Counted from the first letter of the stretch, positions 39,155 through 50,900 are shown. The stretch is 64,000 nt of DNA from Clostridia bacterium (GCA_045604405.1 JAZUNZ010000018.1:499-64498), one strand, 5' to 3'. The notes: a model not told the origin generated them from the letters alone. Translations and numbers: made by a program.

Positions 39155-40882
39155 ATGGAAGATAATATACAGACAATTATTGCGGTTATAATATCTGCGT
39201 TTCTTCTTTTCATATTTCCTGTATACATGGCGTATGAAAAGAAAGACGACATTTCTTATGCTTTAGCAATGAGATACACTCAAGATTTGGTGGATAACGT
39301 AAGAAGTAAAGGATATATATCTAAAGACATGTACGAAGATTATAGGGCAAAACTTAAATTAACAGGAAATTCTTATGATATAGAAATGACACATGAGTAC
39401 AACAGATATGATCCTATAACTAATTATTATACAATTAAAGACCAAAAATATACACTTGTAAAAACAAGTACAAGAGAAGAAAAAGAAGAATATGAAAGAA
39501 CGGTTATAGAACAAGCTATGCAGCTAGGCAAACTTAAAAGCAAAGCTTCTCAAACAGAAATAGATGCATATTTAGATACAAACTATGAATTACAAAGCAT
39601 ACATAAAGTCGAAGATACATACAAACTATCTACAGAAGTTTATACAACCGGACATATAGTAGGTGTTTTAAATGGTGAGAGAAAATTACTTCTTAATTCA
39701 GACGGTTCAGAAGTAATATGTAGTGATGATGCAAAGTCTAATGATAACTGTCAATATGCATACATAATGAATGTGGATGATAACTTTAATATAACTATAA
39801 AAAATACTAATATAACGCTTGCAACAGTAATATATAATATGGTTACAGCAAACACATTAGACAGCAACACAAGAATATATGTAAATTATGGTGGCTCAAT
39901 TCTTTCAAGTAAATGGTATGGCGACATAGACTATGCTAAAATGAAGCATGACACATTAAGATTAACTGAAAATGGAATAAAAGAAACAATTATTCTTACA
40001 GATGCTAGACATTACGAGAAGGGAAAGGACATGCCTAGTGTATATATTCCTGTTAGCAATAATGAAAATACAAGATATATAATCGAGTTTGAGGCAAAGC
40101 CTGAAGCTACAACAGAATTAAGAGAAAAAGGCAATATCCAATTAGACAAATATTCTGGTTATAATTTTGCTTTAGGAAACAGCAAGATTAATAACACAGC
40201 AGATAGATTATCTATAAGCGTTGGTGTTAATGGTGTAAGTTTAATCGTTGCGAGTGAATCTAGCATGAGTAATGGAAGTAAATTCTATTTGCCGTTATAT
40301 GATCAAATAATAGTAGACGAAGCGGGAAATGAAAGTAAAATAGAAACGAAAAGGAAAGTTACGGACTATATTAGTTTGAGATTATATTATGAAAATGGAT
40401 ATTTGAAAATTAAAGCAACAGGAAAACAAAACGTAGAAGATTATGACGAAAAGAGTTTTTTAGCTCCTTATATGCGTGAGTATTATTCTAAATTGGATGT
40501 AATAATAAATAATCCAAAGAAAGGAATAACTCATAATACAGCCACATACACAACATCTTCTGGCTTGAAGACAAGATACAAAATTGAAGTTGGCGAAGAA
40601 AGTCTATGGGTAGAAGCATTTGGTAATAAGATAAAAAGAGATACAATATTATCTTATGCAACAAGTATAAATGATTACGCAAAGATAAAAGTGGAATTTG
40701 TAAAAAAAGAAAGTGGCTTATATGTTGCATATCTGTATATAAACGGAGTAAAAGTAGGAGAAAGCATAGAAATGGAAACAATACCAAAACCGGATGTAGT
40801 TGGTATGTCAATAATAGGAACAGAGTCACAATCTTTTTTAGGATATATAAGAAATGTAAAAATATATGAAATGGGTGATTAA
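39155..40882 (+). CDS. Pilin-like protein with C-terminal LamG/concanavalin-like domain
   Basis: N-terminal TM and a domain shared with the 41745 gene; YIIEFEAKP...LYINGVKVG...FLGYIRNVKIY. Confidence 0.55.
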   Translation: MEDNIQTIIAVIISAFLLFIFPVYMAYEKKDDISYALAMRYTQDLVDNVRSKGYISKDMYEDYRAKLKLTGNSYDIEMTHEYNRYDPITNYYTIKDQKYTLVKTSTREEKEEYERTVIEQAMQLGKLKSKASQTEIDAYLDTNYELQSIHKVEDTYKLSTEVYTTGHIVGVLNGERKLLLNSDGSEVICSDDAKSNDNCQYAYIMNVDDNFNITIKNTNITLATVIYNMVTANTLDSNTRIYVNYGGSILSSKWYGDIDYAKMKHDTLRLTENGIKETIILTDARHYEKGKDMPSVYIPVSNNENTRYIIEFEAKPEATTELREKGNIQLDKYSGYNFALGNSKINNTADRLSISVGVNGVSLIVASESSMSNGSKFYLPLYDQIIVDEAGNESKIETKRKVTDYISLRLYYENGYLKIKATGKQNVEDYDEKSFLAPYMREYYSKLDVIINNPKKGITHNTATYTTSSGLKTRYKIEVGEESLWVEAFGNKIKRDTILSYATSINDYAKIKVEFVKKESGLYVAYLYINGVKVGESIEMETIPKPDVVGMSIIGTESQSFLGYIRNVKIYEMGD

Positions 40883-41305
40883 GTGGAGGATATTACAACA
40901 AGAGTTATAGTAATAGCAGTTAATATATTTGTAACGATAGCAATTGTGTCATTAGTAATTATTATGTTCTTTCAGATGCAAGACATATATGGTGTTGTTG
41001 CAAAAACTAATACGTCCATATATGAGAGATTTAATAATGTATATTCTATGTACAATGGAAGAACAATGACTGGGTTAGGACTGCTTAATACTATAAAAAA
41101 ATATGAAAGTAAAACAGATCAAAATATAACCGTTAGTTATCCTGGAAGTGGTGAAGTAAAAGATTATGCTTTAAAAAACAATATAAGGGAATCGGTACAT
41201 TTAAAAAGCTTAATGGAAAATGAAGATGGATATAAATATGAAAATAAATATAACGTAACGGTAGAAACATCGGATAATGGACAGATAACAATTAGATTTT
41301 ATTAG
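40883..41305 (+). CDS. Pilin-like protein (minor)
   Basis: GTG start; MEDITTRVIVIAVNIFVT helix; YNGRTMTGLGLLNTIKKY. Confidence 0.55.
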   Translation: MEDITTRVIVIAVNIFVTIAIVSLVIIMFFQMQDIYGVVAKTNTSIYERFNNVYSMYNGRTMTGLGLLNTIKKYESKTDQNITVSYPGSGEVKDYALKNNIRESVHLKSLMENEDGYKYENKYNVTVETSDNGQITIRFY

Positions 41306-41325
41306 AAAGGTTGGTGCGATAATAT

Positions 41326-41727
41326 ATGGAGCAATCTGCATTTGAAGCGGTAATGATAGGTGTTAATGTATTTATATTTGTTATTGCACTAACAGCTGGA
41401 ATAATGTTAATGACAAGCGTTTTAGATATGGTAAACTATGCAAATCAAACAGCTATAAGAGGAATGAATGGAACTCTAGCAGAAAGTATAGGAATTGTTC
41501 ATGAAAGAACATATTCAGGCGAACAACTACTGTCATATTATCGTAGAGTAGACGAGTCAAAATATAATTTTCAAGTCAGAGATTCTGAATTGGGTAATGA
41601 TAAAGGACTAAAATCATATATAGAGTCAATGTCTATATACAATTATTTAGATAAAGAATTTGAACTACAATATAAAGGAATTGTTAATAACAAAGAGACG
41701 TATGTATTTGTACTTAAACAAGATTAA
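41326..41727 (+). CDS. Pilin-like protein (minor)
   Basis: MEQSAFEAVMIGVNVFIF helix; RTYSGEQLLSYY. Confidence 0.55.
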   Translation: MEQSAFEAVMIGVNVFIFVIALTAGIMLMTSVLDMVNYANQTAIRGMNGTLAESIGIVHERTYSGEQLLSYYRRVDESKYNFQVRDSELGNDKGLKSYIESMSIYNYLDKEFELQYKGIVNNKETYVFVLKQD

Positions 41728-41744
41728 AGAAAGGAAATATAATA

Positions 41745-44700
41745 ATGAAAGATAATATAAGCATTATATTTGCAGCAATAATAGGTGTAATTTTAATAGT
41801 TATATTACCACTATTTAGCATATTAGATAGGCAAGATAGCATGGCATATAATGTTGTACTAACTCAAACAACTAAGTTTGTAGACAATATACGAAATAAT
41901 GGATTTATAGATAGAGATTCTTACAATAATTATATATCTGCTCTTGCAAGTACGGCAAATACATACAAAGTTGAACTTGAAGTATATAAGAAAAGACTAA
42001 TTCCAGATGTAGAATCAGGCAAAGATGTATATATAGAAGATGTTGAATTATTTAATACAATGGATGTGCTAGAAGTAATAGAAAGCGAAGAGAGTATAGA
42101 AAATTCAAACGAGAAAAACAATGTATATCTATTGAAAGAAAATGACGAGGTATATATAAAGGTTTACAATACCAATATGACTACAGGAAGCATATTGTAC
42201 AATTTTTTTGCTGGAACCTATATAGATAAAGTTATAGACATAAGTTACGGTGGAATTGTAAACAATGTAAATTGGGAACTTTTTGATAAAATAAATGCAA
42301 GCGCTATAGATATTCCAGAAGTATTAATGGAAGTGCCTGTTAATGCAAAAAATAAAACAAATATAATGAAAATAACAGACAATGATGAACTTGAACCAGT
42401 AGATTGCCAAATGTATCCTGAATATTGCGAAGATGGAGTTTCAGGAAGTCAGGCAGAGCAATATACATATTTATATGATCTAACATATCCTGAAAATAAA
42501 ACAATAAATATTGCTGTAGAGCTTAAAAATATGGATTATATAGCTATAGGAGAAAATAAATTAGCTAGTTTAGATGAAATGACTGAAGAGAAATTTAACA
42601 AAGCTAAAGACTATATAATAGCAAACTTTATTCAGCTAAATGAAATGATTGCGGATGTTGATTTAAAATACAGAGGAAAAGACGGATATTATATGTTTAA
42701 TATAATATTGACAAACGTGGAGATATTTTCTGTAGATCTACTTTCAACGTTTGCTAGCGTATCTATTCTTCCTGGCTTAGGACAAGATTTAGACGGAACA
42801 CTATCTATAGGAGCAGAAAGTGTAAGAATAGAACTTGTGGATGAATTATCTGTACATACAGTAACAATTTCAGAACCAATCCATTGGAATAAATTTTTAG
42901 AAACAGGAAGTTTATCGGATTCTTTAATGACTAGTAAAGAAGTATATGTAGACTTAGATATTGCGTTTATTATTTCATATACAGGAATAGATGAAAAATT
43001 AGATGTGAAGTCAGCAGTAGAAAACAATTTGTCAATAGAAGCTGCATTGACTGATGGTATAGAAATTTTTACAGCTTCAGAACTAAAAACTAAGTATAAA
43101 GTAGATTTAAATACAAGAACTGCTGGACACGTGCTAGTTAAGTTTAAATATAAATCTGAAAATTTAGATAGCACAGCAAACTATATAAGCTTATCACCTG
43201 GCTGGATAACAACAGATATAATAGGCGATGATGATTACCGCTATGATGGCTTTGATTACACTACAAAATATGCATATGGTGCTGAAAGTAGTAGATATAG
43301 AGTAATAGTAGACAATAGTGAGCCAGTAGCGCCAAAAATATCATTAGATGGTATACGAGTAAATGATGATGCACTATGGTATATCAGACAAAATGTCCTA
43401 TTAAGTGTAAATGAATCTGTGTTAGATACAATTATGATAGGTAATAAATCAACTGTAGGAGGATCTGGAGTAGCAAGAAATACTTTGACTTTAACAGGTG
43501 CAACTCAACTTGGAGAGACTGAGAATACAGATTATATAATACAAAACGAGGGAACAACTTATGCTGTAGCTAAGGCGTACGATTATTTAGGAAATGTCGT
43601 TTCAACAAAACAGACTGCTATAAGGCTAGATAAAACACCTCCAACAACACCAGTAGTAACAATAACAGGAACAAAAGGAGAACAAGGCTGGTATAAATCA
43701 AACGTAACTTTAACGGTTTCGCCGGGAAGCGATGCTGGTAGTGGAGTTGCAAAAACAACATATCAAATAAGTGGAGTTCAAACTGTTACTGAAAGGGAGT
43801 TACCACAAAGCAAAAGTGTAGTATTAACTGAAAATGGATTTAATAGAGTTATAATTACTACTTATGATGTAGCAGGAAACTATACACAAAAGACAGTAGA
43901 TGTTAAGATAGACAAGACCACTCCTTTAGGAGTAGAATTGAAGATAATTTCTGGCTCTAAAAACACAAATGGTTGGTATAATACAGATGTAACTGTTCAA
44001 ATAGAAGGCCAAAGCAACAATTCTCCATCAGGTATAGCTAAAAGGGAATACCAATTAATTGGTACAGATGGAGGAGCAAATATATCTAAAACAAAATTTG
44101 ATGGAAATCAAGAAGTAACTGTGACCCAAAGCGGAAAATATACTTTGAAAGCATTTACATATAACGTGGCAGGAAACGTACAAGTACAACAAATTACATT
44201 TAACATAGATAAAGATGCACCAAATAAGCCGACGGTAAATGTAACTTCAGAAAAGCCAATTTATAACGGATGGTACAGTAACAATATTACAGTAACACTT
44301 AACTCTAATAAAGATGTAGGCCCTTCAACAGAACAAAGCTTTAGCTATGTTTCTACAATAGCTGGAACAAGTTCTAAAAGGACAGAAACAACACCACCTA
44401 AAGTTATAAATATAAACAATGACGGCATCTATACTTATGATGTATATTCTGTAGACTATGCAAGTAATGAGTCACATGTTCAAAGCGAAGTAAAGGTAGA
44501 TAAAACACCTCCAAATAGTGCAGATTTTGTTATAACAGGAACTAAAGGATTAGACAATTGGTATGTATCTGATGTAGACATATCATATACTGGTGGTTCA
44601 GATGCTACTAGTGGAATAAAATCAATTGTGCTATCTCAAATGAGGCTTACAACAAATACTCCTGGAACAGAAGTAATAATGACGACAGAAGATAACGCTG

Positions 44701-45353
44701 GAAACAAAGTTCAAAAATATACAACTATAAAATTGGACAAGATAAGTCCTACAGCACCAATTGTTAATTTACCAACAGTTACAGGCTATGGAATAACAGG
44801 TGTAAATATGTATAACAAAAATGTAGATATAACAATTACACCTGGAAGTGATGAGTATATAGACAGAACAACATGTAAAGTGTTAAATACACAAACAAAT
44901 AAAGAGATAATATCAGAAAATAATAATTTAGAATTAAGTCTTAATGAAAACGGTAAGTATGAAGTAATAACATATGCTTACGATAAAGCTGGAAATAAAA
45001 CTACAGCATCAAAAGTAATATGGATAAACAAAGATAAGCCTTTAAGGCCGAAAATCGCTAGTATAGATGGACAACAAATTACAAATAATGCAACTCAAAC
45101 AGTAACTGGTAATAATAGCAGGTTAAATATAGAGGTTGTTGATGTTGAAATTGGAAGCACATTAAAGGTGGTAGTAGTAAAATCAGAAACTTATGAAAAG
45201 AAGGAAGCAACAATACAAGTAACTAAAGAAAAGGAACTAGTATCAATATTATTAGAAGAAAAAGGAACGTATACAATTACAGCAACGCAAACAAACATGT
45301 ATGGAACGGGAAGCGATATAAGCGTTGGAAACTATAATTATAAATATGAATAG
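41745..45353 (+). CDS. Large pilin-like adhesin with tandem Ig-like repeats
   Basis: N-terminal domain paralogous to the 39155 gene. About six repeats of GWY..NV.V...D..SG...(Y)D.AGN...(I/L/V)DKT.P. Confidence 0.7.
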   Translation: MKDNISIIFAAIIGVILIVILPLFSILDRQDSMAYNVVLTQTTKFVDNIRNNGFIDRDSYNNYISALASTANTYKVELEVYKKRLIPDVESGKDVYIEDVELFNTMDVLEVIESEESIENSNEKNNVYLLKENDEVYIKVYNTNMTTGSILYNFFAGTYIDKVIDISYGGIVNNVNWELFDKINASAIDIPEVLMEVPVNAKNKTNIMKITDNDELEPVDCQMYPEYCEDGVSGSQAEQYTYLYDLTYPENKTINIAVELKNMDYIAIGENKLASLDEMTEEKFNKAKDYIIANFIQLNEMIADVDLKYRGKDGYYMFNIILTNVEIFSVDLLSTFASVSILPGLGQDLDGTLSIGAESVRIELVDELSVHTVTISEPIHWNKFLETGSLSDSLMTSKEVYVDLDIAFIISYTGIDEKLDVKSAVENNLSIEAALTDGIEIFTASELKTKYKVDLNTRTAGHVLVKFKYKSENLDSTANYISLSPGWITTDIIGDDDYRYDGFDYTTKYAYGAESSRYRVIVDNSEPVAPKISLDGIRVNDDALWYIRQNVLLSVNESVLDTIMIGNKSTVGGSGVARNTLTLTGATQLGETENTDYIIQNEGTTYAVAKAYDYLGNVVSTKQTAIRLDKTPPTTPVVTITGTKGEQGWYKSNVTLTVSPGSDAGSGVAKTTYQISGVQTVTERELPQSKSVVLTENGFNRVIITTYDVAGNYTQKTVDVKIDKTTPLGVELKIISGSKNTNGWYNTDVTVQIEGQSNNSPSGIAKREYQLIGTDGGANISKTKFDGNQEVTVTQSGKYTLKAFTYNVAGNVQVQQITFNIDKDAPNKPTVNVTSEKPIYNGWYSNNITVTLNSNKDVGPSTEQSFSYVSTIAGTSSKRTETTPPKVININNDGIYTYDVYSVDYASNESHVQSEVKVDKTPPNSADFVITGTKGLDNWYVSDVDISYTGGSDATSGIKSIVLSQMRLTTNTPGTEVIMTTEDNAGNKVQKYTTIKLDKISPTAPIVNLPTVTGYGITGVNMYNKNVDITITPGSDEYIDRTTCKVLNTQTNKEIISENNNLELSLNENGKYEVITYAYDKAGNKTTASKVIWINKDKPLRPKIASIDGQQITNNATQTVTGNNSRLNIEVVDVEIGSTLKVVVVKSETYEKKEATIQVTKEKELVSILLEEKGTYTITATQTNMYGTGSDISVGNYNYKYE

Positions 45354-45372
45354 ATAAGGAAGGAGAAACAGT

Positions 45373-46587
45373 ATGAAGTTAACAGATTTTGCTTTAATAT
45401 TTGTTGCAGTATTTATCCCTATAATAGCAATTGTATATATAAATACTTCTTTTGTAGTTAAAGCAGAGAAGCAGGAGATGTATTACAAAAACATAATGAA
45501 CTCAGCAGTTAGCGATGCTGTTTCTTCAATGAAACAGGTAGAGAATGAGGATCAAGATATAGACTATGGTTATTCAGGAATTGTAGACAATAAGGTAAGT
45601 ATCAATGCAGACATTGCAGTATCTACATTTTACAACTCACTTGGAAACAATTTTAATATAAAAGATAACCCTTATTCAATGAATAATTTAAAAATGTATA
45701 TACCTGTAGTTGCGGTATTAGATTATGATGGGATATATATTCATTCGGCAGAGCAAGAGCAAAGTGGAGATATAAGTTTTGTAACAAAGCCAAAAGTATA
45801 TTATACGTATAGTTATGTTTTAACAAAATCCACATCAGCAATTGTAGGAACAGATGAGACAGAATATAACATAGTGGCTTTAGATACGTTAGAAAATATA
45901 GAAAGTGTAAGAAACAATTTGCTAAGCAAATGTGTATATGAGATTACATTTACAATGGACGATTATGTATATCTTAATGTTTACGAAATAACGAGTGAAA
46001 ACACCATAGGAAAAACACTAGTGTCTACTAAGTTTTACGTGAGGGACAACGCTAATAATGATGATTTAATATATGGAATAAGTCTTCTAAGCGGTAGTGA
46101 GCGCAATTTAAAACAAGACATAGTAGAACACTTGTCTTTAGTAAGACAAAGAATTATTGCCCAAATAGGCATGAAGGAAATATCTTATGCAGTAAATGAG
46201 CATAATGTATATGCTAAGCAACTTGGAATTAAATATTCATTTGCATTCTCTGTAGAATCAGATTCTGAATGGTATGAAACTATGGATGGTATAGGTATGG
46301 TTGCAATAATACAAGGAATTTCTTTGGGCAACAGATATTTGAATTATAAAGCATACAGTGCATCAGACCTAGTTATATCTAAAAAATACTATGTAACAGA
46401 GGGGATTACCATAGAGGGAAAAGATTTAGCATATTTTGAAAAAGATTTATATCATATATCTCAAAACTGTGAAGTGTATAAAGAATATATAAATAAAACA
46501 GGAAAAACATTAATTCCTGCATATTATTTGAAAAAAGCAGACGCTGCTACACAAGGATTTAATCCTTGTCCAATATGCAAGCCATAG
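45373..46587 (+). CDS. Pilin-like membrane protein with C-terminal Cys/His metal-binding motif
   Basis: N-terminal TM; YIPVVAVLDYDGIYI; ends LYHISQNC...AATQGFNPCPICKP. Confidence 0.6.
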   Translation: MKLTDFALIFVAVFIPIIAIVYINTSFVVKAEKQEMYYKNIMNSAVSDAVSSMKQVENEDQDIDYGYSGIVDNKVSINADIAVSTFYNSLGNNFNIKDNPYSMNNLKMYIPVVAVLDYDGIYIHSAEQEQSGDISFVTKPKVYYTYSYVLTKSTSAIVGTDETEYNIVALDTLENIESVRNNLLSKCVYEITFTMDDYVYLNVYEITSENTIGKTLVSTKFYVRDNANNDDLIYGISLLSGSERNLKQDIVEHLSLVRQRIIAQIGMKEISYAVNEHNVYAKQLGIKYSFAFSVESDSEWYETMDGIGMVAIIQGISLGNRYLNYKAYSASDLVISKKYYVTEGITIEGKDLAYFEKDLYHISQNCEVYKEYINKTGKTLIPAYYLKKADAATQGFNPCPICKP

Positions 46588-46600
46588 GAGGAACGAGTAG

Positions 46601-47920
46601 ATGGAAAAAAAGTCAAAAACTAAAACAAAAAAATCTAAGCCAAGAGTTAGAATTAAGAAAAAATTCGTAGCAGTACTTTTTTTAATACTAATTGGTTTGT
46701 TGATAGGAATTGTATATGGAATAAGAGCTTTAATTATAAACTTGCAATATATGAGATATACAGAAAAAATGTATGACTATGGACTCGCAACTTTATATAA
46801 TAATGGAAAAGCTACAGCTACTCAAAAGGTATCAAATGAGGAAATGCTAAAGATACTTTTAGCAGCAGTAAATGGAAAGACAGACATAGATTCCATTTAT
46901 TATTCTGAAGCTGAATTAGAACAAGATAAATGGTTACAATATGCAACTGACTTGAAATTTACAAACAATATAAACAAAGACAATCTGAAAGAAAGGGCGA
47001 GCAATACAGAAATGGTTTTGATAGCTTCTAGAGCATTACAAAGCGTTTCTAAAGTTGACGTACAACCAGCAGAGTTAAAATTAAGCGCATCCAAGCTTGC
47101 ACAATTTACTTATGATGAACAACAAGATATTGCAAAAGCAGTTAGCATGGAAATTGTTAAGAATAAAAACTCTGCAGTATCAGGCAATTATATTTTAAAA
47201 GGTGAGTTAAATAAATTAGCCGTTACAATAATTGAAAAATATGCAACAATATATTATAATTCAGTACAATTAAACGAACAAGGCGTGACAGAAAGAACAG
47301 ATGTAAATATTGTTACAGATAAGAATAAAATGCCAAATAACTATAAAGAGTATCCATATATTATAGACAGTATACCAACAGAAGTTTATGAATATGATTT
47401 TGATATAATGACAGAAAGGACAGCGCAAACACCTAAAGAGGCATATAAATATATGGGCAGTTTATATGGCCAGATTGACGAATTATTAGTAAATTATTTT
47501 GATACAATTTTAAATGTAGATTATGCAAATATAACAACTAAATCGTTTTTACAGAGTATAGAAAATTCTGTGGTATATAAACTTTCAGAACAAGACGTGG
47601 AAGAATATGTAGAATATGTAAAGGAACATAAGATAAAATTGATGGGAAAGGCCGAGCCTCTACTACCAATAATATATAATAATGGTGAACAATACATAGT
47701 TCGTACAAAATTAACATTTGAGGTTTTAAATTCAAATACCGAGTACAACTTGTTATTTGGAGACGAGAATCAATCAGTAAAATACAATGGTAAAACAATT
47801 ACAATGTATGTAGAGGTACCAATGGGAATGACATTAAACTCATGGTCTCTTAGAGTATATGTAGCTACTCTAGCAAATCACCTGTTGGCAAACAGTACAA
47901 ATGTAGTAGTGGAAGAATAG
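46601..47920 (+). CDS. Membrane-anchored protein with degenerate SLH-like repeats
   Basis: Basic N-terminus and TM; three motifs resembling iTRaE (VSNEEMLKIL, ASNTEMVLIA, ILKGELNKLA). Confidence 0.5.
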   Translation: MEKKSKTKTKKSKPRVRIKKKFVAVLFLILIGLLIGIVYGIRALIINLQYMRYTEKMYDYGLATLYNNGKATATQKVSNEEMLKILLAAVNGKTDIDSIYYSEAELEQDKWLQYATDLKFTNNINKDNLKERASNTEMVLIASRALQSVSKVDVQPAELKLSASKLAQFTYDEQQDIAKAVSMEIVKNKNSAVSGNYILKGELNKLAVTIIEKYATIYYNSVQLNEQGVTERTDVNIVTDKNKMPNNYKEYPYIIDSIPTEVYEYDFDIMTERTAQTPKEAYKYMGSLYGQIDELLVNYFDTILNVDYANITTKSFLQSIENSVVYKLSEQDVEEYVEYVKEHKIKLMGKAEPLLPIIYNNGEQYIVRTKLTFEVLNSNTEYNLLFGDENQSVKYNGKTITMYVEVPMGMTLNSWSLRVYVATLANHLLANSTNVVVEE

Positions 47921-47930
47921 GGAGGTAACA

Positions 47931-50900
47931 ATGAAGCTAAATTTAAAAATATTAACCGCATTTATTTTACTTATATTATTTAGTGTTATCTTCTGTATAA
48001 CTACAGTATCGGCTGTTGGAAATGTATCTCAGGGATGGATAATAGTGGATGCAGCCACTCAAGAAAGAGCATTAGTATTTAGACTGTATAATTCGCCACA
48101 TAGTAGCACGGTAAAAAACTATACAAATACAAATTCAAGTGAGATAATAAAAGAAAATGGTAAACAATTAATGTATATAACATCAAATGGTAATGAAGTG
48201 CCAGCAAAATGGGTATATTCTAATTCAATAAGTTATCCAACGAAAGCAACATATGGAACAGCAAGACTTGTATTTCATAAGGATATGTTTTGCGACTATT
48301 CAAAAAATGGAGGCGCATGGGCATATAATAAACCTAAAGACGGCTTCGAATTAAATTATCAAATTGCTACAATACAAAATGCGGTAAATAATTCGCAAAC
48401 AGTTTATACAACGCCTAAAGAAACGGGAAAAAACAAAGAAATTTATTCTATTACAAGAATAGGGGGCACATTTAGCTCATGGCGTTATGGAACAAAACTC
48501 GTGATGCAAAATCTTTATGCAGGTGAGTTAACAGGATATAGATATGCTTTAGTAAGAATTGGAACAAGTAAAAGCAACGTTTATATCGGAGATAAGATAG
48601 TTCGAGGAGAACATTTAAACAATCTTATTACTAAATTAGATGGAGCACAAAGTTGTTTTGTAACAGAAGAACTAATATCTAAAGCAATAGGTTCTAATCC
48701 ATATTATGAAGTCTCTAAGACAGCTTATAAGTTTACGCAGCAAGCTAATAAAAATTGGAGCGCTAACACAAAAGGAACCACAAACAATGCAATGGGTTCA
48801 GCACTTAATGTATATGATAACGAGCTAAGATTCCCAACATCTTCAAGTAGACAAGTATATATAAAACATATAAATATAGGAACTGGAGATGTAATAGATT
48901 TAACAAAGGTAAATAATGGTATACATATTGATCCAAGTGTTACAAAAGAAAATTATATATTAGTAGATGACAAAAAAACAACAAGCAATTTGAGCAAGAC
49001 AGGTTATGATGAATATTATGAGGGAATAGATATAGAATCAAGCATAACAAAATATGCTTTGGATTTAGACAAGCTAGATATTGAATGTTTGGGATACAAC
49101 GTTGGAGTTGCCGTAGATTTGAGTAGCGCGCAAAGTGTAGTTAGTTCGCAAGTTCAACAAAGTAGATATATAACAGACGATGTAGTTTCTGTTGAAGGTA
49201 AGACAACTTTAAGTAATGATGATGTAATAGTAATAGAATTCTATTATACAGAAGGAACCAAAGACGAAGAATCAACTCCAGAGGAAACTGGTGAGCCTGA
49301 AAAAGGTATAGGCGGAAGACTTTTTGTTGAAAGTCCAGACACAGACACACAAAGCGCTGTTTGTGATGATACAGAGGGCTATCCAGTTACATCTGTGCCG
49401 TCAGGAAGTGATGTAAAAATTGGTATAGAAGACATTCCGCAATATATGGCTGGAGCTATTAACGTACAAGAACAAGAAAAAGAACATACAGTAACAGTAA
49501 ATTTAAAATATAAAGCGGGGCCTTACGAAGAAACAGTAACATATACAATGAAATACGCGGCTATATATTACAACATACCAAATATGTTAATATACAAATT
49601 TAATGAAATTAAAGTATATGATGCAAACAAGGGTTACGATACAATAGGTGACAGTTTGTTCAACTGGTCAGAAACTAGATATAACGGAATAAGAAAAGAC
49701 GCTCCTCAAATTAGTTTAACAGGTATTAACGAAAAAAGTATAAGTAATACAACAAATAGTATAGCAAATGAATCAAATTATGTTTCGGCAATATTAAAAG
49801 CAAATAACAAAACGTATAACATTACCGGCCAAGATGATTATACAATAACGGTAGACGAAAAAACATATTTAACAGAAGCTGAATTTACTAAGTCAGATGT
49901 TAATAAAGATGAAGAAATTACAACTCATGATAAAGACTACGTAGCAAGCATCGTACAAGATACAAAAGATGATATGGAAGATGCGGAAGAAGCGATGAGT
50001 GATGCTAAAGCAGCAAAGGAAGCTGCGGAAAAAGCGATGAATGATGCTGAAGCCGCAAAGGAAGCTGCAGAAAAAACGATGAAAAATGCTAAAACTGCAA
50101 AAGAAAAAGCATGGGAGATGCTTAAAAAATATGAAGAAGAATTAGTAGAACCAGAAAATGAGTATAAACTTGCAAAGAAGAATATGGAAAATTCTGTTGG
50201 ATATAAGGCAATTTCTGAGGTAAATCAAAGAAAGGAAGCATTTAAAAAAGAATTCAATCTTGAACCTACACTCAAAAATTTACTAAATATACAAAAACCA
50301 TATGTAGAGACATGTAGTAAAACACCATGTCCAGATAATTATAATATTTATTGTGCAATATATTGTAGAGCAGAGAGAATGTTTGAAGCATATACAAAAG
50401 CGCAGGAAGAATATAATAATTTGGACGATGAAGAGATTACAGAGTACAAAAGGCTAACTGATGTTTATAATAGTGCAAAAAGGGAATATGACGTTGCAAA
50501 GCAATGGCGTGATGGTGCAGAGAAGGACTACGAAGCAAAATCCAAAGCATATACTGCAGCAGAGGATGCGTATGAAGAAAAAGCTGCAGATTTAACTACA
50601 GCAACTAAAAATTATAACACCAAAAGCGAAGCATACTCAAATGCACAAAGTAATTATAACAATAAAACAACGGCCTACAACAATCAAGTAGCTTATCAAA
50701 AAGAATTTTTAACATATTTTGAGAATTACTTAAATTTATACAATGACTACATTGAAATAACATCATTATCTAAATCACAACTTGCAGAAAAATATAATAT
50801 TGTAGCGGATATAAAAGTAAAAAATATGAAAGTCGTAGTAGGTGAAAAGAATTTGCATAATCAAAATTCGGAGGCTACAAAAACGATAGAATTTAAAAAT

